From Eledone cirrhosa (lineage: Eukaryota), in contig CAXHJY010000650.1 of assembly GCA_964016885.1 (NCBI GenBank), positions 1 to 21,682 of the forward strand: 21,682 nucleotides of DNA. Reading direction: 5' to 3'. The notes below the pieces were generated by a model. The model made no database searches and had not been told where the DNA came from. It saw only the letters and a list, made by a program, of their open reading frames with translations. This document shows, one piece after another, positions 1 to 10,734 of the stretch (position 1 is the first letter of the stretch; every line of letters begins with the position of its first letter). Both the position numbers and the translations under genes were made by a program.

Positions 1-200
1 ACAAGACCAGCAATTTGAAGTGAGGCAGGAACTCGATTAAATCGGTTGAAGTGTGTTTCTGGTATTTTATTTTATCAACCTCGTAAGGATGAAAAGCAAA
101 GCTAACATTGGCGATATAAATTCAAAAAGTAAAGGGGCATAGCTATATGCTGCAAAGCATATTGTCGAATGTTCTGCCGATACCGCTAATCGACCGCCCC
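1..200 (-). mobile_element. tRNA-derived SINE, diverged copy (3' tail runs off the window start)
   Basis: Aligns by eye along its length to the copies at 8967-9321 (ccagcaatt...ggtattttattttatcaacctcgtaaggatgaaaagcaaag...tgctgcaaagcat...gatac). Minus-strand head begins GGGGCGGTCGATTAGCGGTATCGGCAG. Confidence 0.75.
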
Positions 201-280
201 ATTATTAATGATAATGGCTTCTGATTCAGGCATAAGGCCAACAATTTTTGTTGAGAAATATCTACAAATCAACCCCGAAC
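201..280 (-). mobile_element. 3'-tail fragment of a second SINE copy, interrupted by the LINE
   Basis: attattaatgataatggcttctgattcaggcataaggccaacaattt resembles aataattgtttctacgttaggcacaaggccagcaatt of the other copies. Right boundary approximate. Confidence 0.5.
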
Positions 281-299
281 CTGGCTGTTCTGGTCGACT

Positions 300-1847
300 C
301 GAGCGGGACGGGCTCTGTCCCCTCTACAATCAACAACAATCAGCCAAAGCAGCAGCAGCAACAACAACAACAACCACAGCAACAGCGGTGGCGGCAGTCG
401 TAGTACCAGCAGCAACAACAAAAGTAACAGCAGCTCTGACGACAACAACAACAACCACAGCAACAGCGGTGGCGGCAGTCGTAGTACCAGCAGCAACAAC
501 AAAAGTAACAGCAGCTCTGACGACAACAACAACAACAACAAGAAAGAAAAACCAATCTCGTTTGCAGGTATCGCAAAGAACCTGGAAACCATCCTTATAA
601 CAAATGAGGAATTACAGGAAGCAAAGAAGATGGTGACGAAAACCGGACACCGAGCAATCTGCAAGGCAGCCGAAAACATTTTCGAAACCCAACAGCACTG
701 TACGGTCACGTAGCGTACAGTAAGCACAAAATCACGTAGGGTTGAAAGAGCCACAGAAGCTCAAATACAAAAAGCCTTAGGTTTTGTGTGGCAGCGGAAA
801 ACGCATATCACCTGAGGCAAGAAATATGCCACCGTGGACGTGCTTTTTGCCACACCCCAGGAGGCAAAGGCTCAATCCTTAGTGACCCTAAGGAGCGAGG
901 AAATTGTGTTGGTGCCCTCCTACTGCGGGCAAAAAATTGTGAAGGTCAAACTGACCCACGTCCCCTCCGGGACGTCCCCTTCTTGGCTGGCCGCGTCTGT
1001 CCTCGTCGGAATCGAGGACAAAACAACTGTACTGCAAGTACAGAAAAAAGTACGAGAAGATTGGGTAGGCACCTCCATTGAGATGTAAATTCAAACCAAC
1101 AAGGAGTACATCGAAGCTATCCCGGATGTGATAGACTTCGATAACGGCACTCAACTGCCCATAAGTGTTGAGGGCAAACGCTCGAAATGCTTTCGCTGTG
1201 GGTCGAAGACTCACCTCAGGGCCTTCTGCAATGAGAAGAACCTGCCGAAACCGGCTCCACTGCTACCAGCAACAGGACAGGCGGCAAGTAGGAAGGATAG
1301 GTCCGTGACACCCATACCCACGCCACGGAAATCAAGAACAGCAACAGCAGTGGAAGTATTAACAACAACAACAGTAATACCAACTGCAGATGCAACAGAG
1401 ACTCCACTGCAACCATCACCAACAAGAACAAATGAAAGAGTGGAGCTGGTACCCCTCCCCGACCTCACAGAATCGGACATGAAGTGTGAGGTGGGAGAGG
1501 GATGGCAAAAGGTCACAAGAAGGCACAAACGCAGAAGCAGCGCATCGTCGCCTTCGAAAAGGGAGGGAAGAAATGAAAAAAGGGTAAAGGCTACTGCAAA
1601 GAGACTTACAACACCAACACCACCAACACCATCACCACCCACACTAACACCACCATCACCACCGGCGGCAACCCCATCGCCAACAACAACAACACCTTCA
1701 ACACCACCACCACAAGAACCAACATCGCAAACACAACAACAAAACACACACACCCAGCAACAACGACAAGAAAATAGCAGAACCACACCTCACTCCCAGA
1801 AAAAGAAATGCACAGCAATAAATACACACAAGATATTAATGTCTTAG
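300..1847 (+). pseudogene. LINE ORF1 (gag-like nucleic-acid-binding protein), interrupted by in-frame stops
   Basis: One frame runs through KPISFAGIAK...VDVLFATPQE...VEGKRSK-CFRCGSKTHLRAFC (CX2CX4HX4C at 1188-1229) and a Pro/Thr-rich tail. Stops at ~711, ~813 and 1086. Start and end approximate. Confidence 0.8.
361..522 (+). repeat. 81-bp tandem duplication in the low-complexity ORF1 N-terminus
   Basis: 361-441 matches 442-522. The length is a multiple of 3, so frame is preserved. Confidence 0.9.
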
Positions 1848-2160
1848 ATAATTTGTCACGCAGACATTTCACAGCACGACTACATAATACCAGCACCAAT
1901 CAAAACACCAACGAACATAAGACTGCTAAAAATAGCACAGAAACATTACACAAACATTAAAATAAAATTCCCCAACGCAGTTGGTGATTTCAGAGACCTA
2001 GGAGAGACACTCAACGGGAGAGTATATTCGGATATACTCACAGAAGAGCCGACGACCAGCCGAAGGGACGATTCAACGGGAAAGGGATGGAGAAACCATC
2101 CTTCCTCTACGAGAAGTGAGGTAAGGTGGTCTTTCCCATCTTTTTCCACTCCTTTTCAAC

Positions 2161-4943
2161 ATGACCTCACTCAGAATTGGCAGCATAAATGCGCATGGCC
2201 TGGGGTCATCATGGAAGCAAGGCCACCTGCTCAACGACCTCAGGTCACTAAATATAGATGTAGTGGCCATCAGCGAGACCAGAATCTCCGAAGCACGGGC
2301 CTTCGCACCGATCTTCGGCGGCTACGATGTGTACGCATCTCCCAGCCGTCCTGGATCGGGGGAGGAGTTGCTGTGCTTTTTCGGAGAGGTTTGAATCTCG
2401 CCATACGGGCCATCTTCCTGGACCCAGAAGGTAAGTTGGTGGTGCTGGACGTGACCAGCGGAGACGGGCAAGCTTTCAGGCTAGTGGCCATCTATGCCGC
2501 GACAGGAGCAGGGCGGCCTGATTTCTTCCGGCGTCTGGAGACCTTTCTTGGAACGTCCCGCTCTTTAGTGTTAGTGGGCGACTGAAAGGGGATCTTAGAT
2601 GCACGCTGGGACTGTGTGAGATTAGCGGATAGGAGAGGAGTGTATAAAAGCCTCGCAAACCTGCTCAGACGGTTTCAACTGTCTGACAGGTACCGTCTGG
2701 ATTTCCCGAATGTGCAAATGTGGACATGGACAAACCGCATCGAGTCATCCAGATCATATCTAGATAGGGTATTCTGTAGGGAAATAGATAGGTCTAGCAT
2801 AGGCTGTACACATTTCAAAATAGTCGACTACACGGACCACAAATTCGTGATCTGTGAGGTTGACTTAGATAGGCTTCATAGACAGGGACCCGGCTACTGG
2901 AAGCTAAACGCGTCATTAACAGCGCGCAAGGCCTACAGAGACCGGATTAGCGAACTAGTTAAGCGGGCGTTGACGGGGGCCATCGTCAACAACAAATGGT
3001 GGTTTGCTCTGAAAAGAGCGATTAGAATAGAGTCCATTAGGTTTAGTAAGCCTTTAGCAATAGAGAAAAATAGAGCAGAGGGAGAACTAGTTAGAAAATT
3101 AGACGAGGCGCTTAGTAAAGGCATCGCGACCGACGTACTTGCGGCGAATTCTTCAATGCAAAGCTCGAAGGCTGCGTTGTCAGAGCTAGAGTGCGTGCTC
3201 TTAGACACGACGAGACGAAAGCCGTTCAATGGGCCCGAGTGGCGGAGGCGCGTCGTGGCAACAAAGCCACGATCCGGTCTTTGGTGGACGACTACGGGCG
3301 CATGCTACTCGATCCCGCCCAAATGTGTGAAGCTTTTCAGCGACACTTCGCTCAGCTGTACGGGGGCAGCGGCGATCCGGATCGAGAGATGGACTTTAGT
3401 GCCTAACTTGACGGACTGCCGCGGCTTTCGGCCACTGAATCGGAGTGTTGCGAAAAGCCGATAACAACCGCTGAAGTACGGGAGGCAATGACTGGCTGCA
3501 CAAGAGTAAAATCGCCTGGTTTGGTTGGTCTGCCCTATGAAATTTACGTACAGATGCCAAACCTGTTCGGAGGCCTCTTGGCGGACGTCTACTGCAACTG
3601 GCAACAGAACGGGAGAATGCCCAGCTATGTGAGCCGAGGAGCGGTGGGGCTGCTGAGAAAGGATCCGAACAAGGAGGATAACATATATAATTTCAGGCCT
3701 ATAACTTTGCTAAACACAGAGTTCAAGATTTTTGCCAAGGTGCTAACAAAGAGGTTGGCGCTTGTCGTTGGTGTTCTGGTGGGAGAGGCGCAGACATGCG
3801 ACAGATCCATCCACGACAACCTCCACCTCGTGCGATACATCGTTAAGAGGGTAGCTAGGGAATCTGGCACGGATGGGTCCTTGATCAATTTAGATCAGTC
3901 GAAAGCTTTCGATAGGTTCGACCATCGTTACCTAGCGGCAGTCCTGAGGGCGGCTGGCTTTGGGCCCGTCTTCAGAGGCTGGATCGCTGCCATGCACAGC
4001 GACATCTGCTCTGTGGTGAGAGTGAACGGTCACCTTTCGGAACCGTTCAACATCATGTGCTCGGTCCGCCAAGGATGTCCCCTCTCGTCCCTCTTGTACG
4101 TATTGACTCTCGAGCCATTACTGCACAAACTGGAGACGTTGATGGGAGTCCCGCGCGAACTAGGATGCGGAAGATCCGTGTCAGCATATGCGGACGATGT
4201 CACCGTAGTGGTGTCGAACGCCAAACACATCGAGGCAATCGGCACTACACTAAGAGAATACGAAGCGGTGACAGGAGCAATGATCAATCAGGAAAAGTCG
4301 GTGGGCCTGCAGCTCGGCACCTGGAGAGGCAGGTCCATGCCGTCCAGCAGCGTCGTCGGGCGCTGGACGGACGGACCGGTTAAATTGCTAGGGGTCTGGT
4401 TCGGTCCGGACCTCCAGACGGACAAAAACTGGGACGAGGTGACGAGCAGGGTGGCTTCTCTCACTCAGAAATAGGCAGAGAGGCAGCTATCCCTGAAAGG
4501 TCGAGCGGAGGTGGCGAATGCGTACATCGCGTCCGTCATCTTCTACCGCCTGACCGTCGTGCCTTGTCCTAAGCAGGGCAACGAAACCGTCCTGCACGCA
4601 CTCGTCCAGTGTCCGAGCATTGCTGACTTGTGGGTTTATGTCGAACTCCTGCTGTCGCGTGTAGGATGGATCCAGCTATGAGCTGAGTCCATCGTGAGAT
4701 TTCCCCGCCCCCTTCCTTTAGCCGGGAAGGGCAAGCAGTTTTTATCTGTCTGGTGGCCATGGCGAAAGAGATAGTATGGTGGACCTCTTCGGTGATGCCC
4801 TGATTAACTTTTTCAAATTTCATTTGAAAAGGAAAATCAGGGTAGAGAGGGAAGTGCTCTCTTCCCAGCATTTTGTTGAAAGATGGGTGAGGGAGGCAAG
4901 AATGGCCCGAGTGAATGGGCCTACGCTGAGTATATGCCTGTAA
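2161..4943 (+). pseudogene. LINE ORF2 (APE endonuclease + reverse transcriptase), frameshifted, with stops
   Basis: APE motifs SINAHGL, VAISET, GGVAVL, VAIYA, LVGD, WTW..SYLDRVF, TDHKFV, then WKLN. RT motifs KSPG, FRPITLLN, LDQSKAFD, VRQGCPLS, YADD (4187-4198), INQEKS, LLGV. C-terminal ETVLHALVQCP. Final stop 4941-4943. Confidence 0.93.
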
Positions 4944-5214
4944 ATTGAAGGTGGAAAACTGGGAGAAGGCACTTGCCCTGGTGGTCAGAGTCACCGTGGC
5001 TTTTTTTAATGGGCTTTCTCCACGAATGTCCCTAGGAAGTCTCCCCCCTATTGGGGAATTTTTCATTGTTTCTTTTTTTGTTACAACCTCTGTTTTTTGT
5101 TTTTTTACACGCAGAAATGCCCGTTTGTACCGTCCTGTATTGTCCTGTACTGTCCTTAATGTCTACTTTGTGTAAACCCTTGTGGTTAATAAAGAAAGCA
5201 TTATTATTGTTCCG

Positions 5215-5367
5215 TTTGTTTATATATATATATGTTTATATATATATATATGTTTATATATATATATGTTTATATATATATATGTTTATATATATATATG
5301 TTTATATATATGTTTATATATATATATGTTTATATATATATATGTTTATATATATATATATATGTTT
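5215..5367. repeat. Compound microsatellite (TA)nTGTT
   Basis: Repeated tatatatatatgttta units of variable length. Confidence 0.9.
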
Positions 5368-5404
5368 CTATGTCTTTTTTTCTTTTCTTATATAAATAAT
5401 AAAA

Positions 5405-5502
5405 ATCTTTACACGCACAAAACCCACATCGTACCGTCCTGTACCGTCCTGTGCTGTCTGTAATGTTTTTCTTGATGTCAGCCCTTGTGGCCAATAAAGA
5501 AA

Positions 5503-5557
<55 letters not shown>
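5405..5557 (+). mobile_element. Second, heavily 5'-truncated LINE 3' end with long (ATT)n tail
   Basis: tttacacgca..gtaccgtcctgta..GCCCTTGTGGCCAATAAAGAAATC(ATT)n parallels 5104-5208. Confidence 0.8.
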
Positions 5558-5559
<2 letters not shown>

Positions 5560-5560
<1 letters not shown>

Positions 5561-5837
5561 GTAGGCTGGTGAATTTGAGGAGAGAAGTACTCTTCTCGGA
5601 TGCCCTTGAAGAGTCGGGTGGTTCAGGATTGGTGGGGTACCTGAGACAACACTGGGTGGTTATCTCCCACCCACCCCCCTATTGGGGAATTCTCCTTGTA
5701 TTTTTCTTGTTATTTTGTTATTGATATTTATATTTTTTTTACACATTGTATATGTAAACCCCCACTGTCCCCGTCTATTGTATTGTCCCCTATATGTCGG
5801 CCCTTGTGGCCAATAAATGAAACCATTATTATTATTA
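5560..5837 (+). mobile_element. Third LINE 3' UTR from a related family, directly after the (ATT)n tail of the second
   Basis: Shares CCCCCCTATTGGGGAATT with 5043-5060 and ends GGCCCTTGTGGCCAATAAATGAAACC(ATT)n. Confidence 0.8.
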
Positions 5838-7133
5838 CCACTATCATTATATGCATTTATATATAACTCGAGGTATTCGGATAATTTGAAATTTGAAAGG
5901 TTGAATCCAAAGACAGAATTTTTATGAATAATTACAGACCGGCCAACCTCTAAAAACATAAACGGGGAGTACCATGAAAAAAAGTGCCCCAAAACGGAGA
6001 GAAATGGGACAAAATGGGGAGATTTTACATAATAAAAGCTATACACATTTCCACAAGAGAAGGCATCTCTCACCCACTACAAAATGGGTGGGAGATCTCC
6101 CCCGTCAGACGAGGAGAGTTGACAAGTCTGTAATTATAACAGCTTTAAACTATCGGATAAAATACCCTTAGGGTCAGAAAAAAGTGGCCAGCAGCCAATA
6201 CAGAGAATAGAACTCCGTGTCTCTTGAATTCCGGTCAAGCGCTTGACATCACCAAAATGGCAGCTGACAACTGTTTCAGTCCAAATTAGGAAGCTATATA
6301 TAACTTTGCGGCTAGAGCTGGAAGGAAACAAATCTTATGGCAGTTTACAAATGGTATTTCGCTGCTCTAATGAAGACAAAAACACAAACTGGGTATAAAT
6401 AGTTAGAAAGAAACATGTTCAACCGAGTCAACAAGTTGATATAGTTTTTGAGATATTTATTAACATTTTTCAAAACAGTCATTTTGGCTCTCATTTCATA
6501 CCAAACCATCTATAAACAAAAATAACAATGTCATTGTTTTGTACATGTCTTCATTCGTTCAATAATAATAATAATAATAATAATGATAACAGTAATAGTA
6601 ATGATAATAAGCTAATTATAAGATTCTAACATGCTTTATACAAAAGTATTTGTGGCATTTTGCACTGAAGTTCTAGTGTAAGGAGAAAAATCTTGAGATG
6701 AAAGCATTTGCTACACAATTTCACAAAACAGGTCATTGCTTATTTCTTATTCCGATGTGTTGGTTTTAAACTAGCAATAGCAATAAAGTCCAGTTTTTAT
6801 GTGGCTGGGTTGTACTATTAAAAACAAGCGCACGAGAACGTATATATTAATAAAATATACCCATCAGAAGTAATTATAATGTAACTTTGGTAAAGAAAAT
6901 ATATATTAAAACGTTGTTTATAATTCATATTTACCACTTACATCTTTCACAAAATCTAAATTTATATCTTGATAAGTCTCGTGTAGGATGAATGCGCTAC
7001 ATTCAAATTATAAACAAGGTTTAATTATATTTTTTACCCAAGTTATAAATAATATTTTATTATTTCTAAAAATTATACTTTATAAACATATTATTCTGTA
7101 CACTAACAAAGACATTTAACTTATATACATGGT

Positions 7134-8217
<1,084 letters not shown>

Positions 8218-8287
8218 AAATGGAACGGGAACAAAACAGAGGCAGTACGAACAAAGGTTTATTAGTTTCACAGTCTTGAGAGTGGGG

Positions 8288-8596
8288 TGTGGTATATATA
8301 TATAATAATAATAGTAATAATAATAATAATAAATTTGAAGACTAATATATATAAAATTGTAAATTTGAAGAACAGTCAGATAAAATATACTCAATTTTTC
8401 TTCTCCCTAGTCCGTAGAAATTAACTAGATAAATAATTATTTATCAAGTTAATTTATCTATTTATATATTTAAATGATTATAATCATTTAAATATATATA
8501 TATATAATTTGTTTTGGAACTAACTCTATACCGAACTCGTCCTCTGGATTGAGTGCTCTATATACTATGAATATAACCGCCCCGTTTTTTACCACA
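8288..8596 (+). mobile_element. Probable 3' LTR of an LTR retrotransposon
   Basis: Termini TGTGGTA...TACCACA (TG..CA, 7-bp inverted ends), immediately preceded by PPT-like GAGAGTGGGG. No coding region seen. Confidence 0.5.
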
Positions 8597-8763
8597 ATAT
8601 ATATATATATAAAACAGGTGTGTACATTTATTTGTATAAATACATATATATAGAGAGAAGGAAAGATAGGTAGATATGTGCATCTAAATGTATTCCTATA
8701 TATTTATATATACATATGTGTGTGTGTATGTGTTTGCGTGTGTGTGTGTATCTGATATATAAT

Positions 8764-8871
8764 TGTTTCTACTTTTGGCACAAGGCCAGCAATTAACCAG
8801 TGTATTACTGGTACTTTATTTTATCGACCCCGTAAGGATGAAAGCAAAGTTAACCTCGGCGGGATTTGAAC
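8764..8871 (-). mobile_element. 5'-truncated tRNA-derived SINE with 14-bp TSD
   Basis: Flanked by ATCTGATATATAAT at 8750-8763 and 8872-8885. Truncated within the B box (GTTCAAATCC). Confidence 0.88.
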
Positions 8872-8966
8872 ATCTGATATATAATGATTGGAAAACTGCG
8901 AGACTGGCCAATTTATTATTTTACATCACGTTATTAAAATAAGTTGGATTACTTTGAATAAATAAT

Positions 8967-9132
8967 TGTTTCTACTTTTGGCACAAGGCCAGCAATTATC
9001 CCAGTGTATTACTGGTACTTTATTTTATCGACCCCTTAAGGATGAAAGGCGGGTTTTGAACTCAGTCCGTAAAGGGACGTAACTGTGCTGCAAAGCATGG
9101 CGTCCGACCCTCTACTGATACTGCCAATCCAC
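8967..9132 (-). mobile_element. Near full-length tRNA-derived SINE with 18-bp TSD and small internal deletion
   Basis: Flanked by TTACTTTGAATAAATAAT (8949-8966, 9133-9150). Minus strand has A-box-like TGGCAGTATCAG and B-box-like GAGTTCAAAACC. Confidence 0.88.
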
Positions 9133-9150
9133 TTACTTTGAATAAATAAT

Positions 9151-9321
9151 TGTTTCTACGTTAGGCACAAGGCCAGCAATTACCCAGTGCATTACTGGTA
9201 CTTTATTTTATCGACCCCGTAAGGATGAAAGGCAAAGTCAACCTCGGCGGGATTTGAACTCAGATCGTAAAGGGACGTAACTATGCTGGAAAGCATGGCG
9301 TCCGACCCTCCACCGATACTG
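9151..9321 (-). mobile_element. tRNA-derived SINE, tandem with the previous copy
   Basis: Minus strand GAGTTCAAATCC B box, then GCCTTTCATCCTTACGGGGTCGATAAAATAAAGTACCAG central domain (resembles Meta-type SINE cores, from recall) and GGCCTTGTGCC..AGAAACA tail. Confidence 0.88.
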
Positions 9322-9628
9322 AATAATGAATAAATATTATGTAAATTATCTTCTAAATTTCGTAGCTCTTGATTAAACATAAATAATCTTATGTATAATG
9401 TATTGCTTATTTCAAGATTCACTTCTGTTAAAACTTTTAAATGTCAACTTCCATTAGTGTTCATATAGCATTATATTTCCGTCGCTAATCTCATTCTTCA
9501 TTATCGTCTTTTTTAAATGTATCATGGATTACTTTACTGATTATAGAAGAAAGTGTAACAGTTTTTGTTCAATTTATGTTTACATTGGCAATTTACTTTA
9601 TGTTCATATTGGCAATGTACGTACCATA

Positions 9629-9710
9629 TCTATATGCATATATGCGTACAATATCAATATGTATACTACATATGGTAGTAGAAAATCGCTCGGGGCGGTT
9701 CTTCTGCTAG
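9629..9710 (+). mobile_element. Possible miniature Helitron-like element
   Basis: A|TC start, subterminal GC-rich hairpin AATCGCT-CGG-GGCGGTT, and CTAG|T end. Confidence 0.3.
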
Positions 9711-9846
9711 TATATATAATTCTTTTTATCTCATATAAAATCCATTTTGAAGATTACATTAGCCTACCAACTTGAGATATAGAGTCTTATTAAATAGCTC
9801 AGCATTCATTATTTACTGGGCATAATATTTCTCAAGAGGTGTTAAA

Positions 9847-10163
<317 letters not shown>

Positions 10164-10254
10164 TGTAGGAGGTGAGTTTTATTGTAGTACAATATATGTT
10201 GATTTAAAACTGCACTATTCACAAGTGTGTTTTAACCTTCATATCATGTCTCCC

Positions 10255-10325
10255 TATTTTATCTGACGAAAACGCAAATGTTATTGCATGATGATATTTG
10301 TTTTTGAAATGCGCATAATAAAATA
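10255..10325 (+). ncRNA. Type I hammerhead ribozyme (PLE/retrozyme-like, palindromic stem III)
   Basis: TATTTTAT-CTGACGA-[AAACGCAAATGTTATT GCAT GATGATATTTGTTTTT]-GAAA-TGCGCAT-A-ATAAAATA. Perfect 8-bp stem I, 16-bp stem II with 1 mismatch, self-complementary ATGCGCAT, predicted cleavage after AUA (10317). Confidence 0.85.
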
Positions 10326-10355
10326 CATGGAACTCTTTTAACCATCTTTTGATCT

Positions 10356-10407
<52 letters not shown>

Positions 10408-10734
10408 GTTACATATATATATATGTACATATGTACAAATGTTACACATATATATATACATACGCGTGTTTTTGTGTATGTGTGTGTGTCTGTTTGTATG
10501 AACATTAGTGTATATATATATATCATCTAGAGCTTCAAATATATTACAAGTACAACCTGAAACTTGTCTTTACTTCACAAAAAGCTTTGTTAACATTTTT
10601 AGGAATTTCATTCTCTTTATCAAAGAGTTGAAAGATCTTTGTAATGGAACTTGGATTTCAGCTAAATGTGAAGACAAAATTTCAATCAGTCAAGATTTGG
10701 AGCCCTGGAGACATACTTTGAATTTTTGTAGTAA

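Larger units (their letters stand above)
281..5208 (+). mobile_element. L1/Tx1-clade non-LTR retrotransposon (LINE), near full length, decayed
   Basis: ORF1 with CCHC knuckle, then ORF2 with APE endonuclease, RT and a C-terminal Cys/His motif. 3' UTR ends CCCTTGTGG..AATAAA (5188-5193) plus an ATTATTATT tail. GC content is well above the flanks. 5' boundary approximate. Confidence 0.92.

Noticed and set aside
208-754. Ala/Thr-, Leu- and Cys-rich ORFs
   Set aside because: Alternative frames or antisense of the low-complexity LINE ORF1 start.
5850-7130. Possible DNA transposon or exon in unique-looking sequence
   Set aside because: No terminal inverted repeats, TSDs or protein motifs could be identified by eye.
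9151-9321. tRNA gene
   Set aside because: A B box is present but no cloverleaf; multiple copies with tails and TSDs indicate a SINE.
10528-10700. Possible host exon next to the satellite
   Set aside because: No recognisable domain and no convincing splice-site pair.
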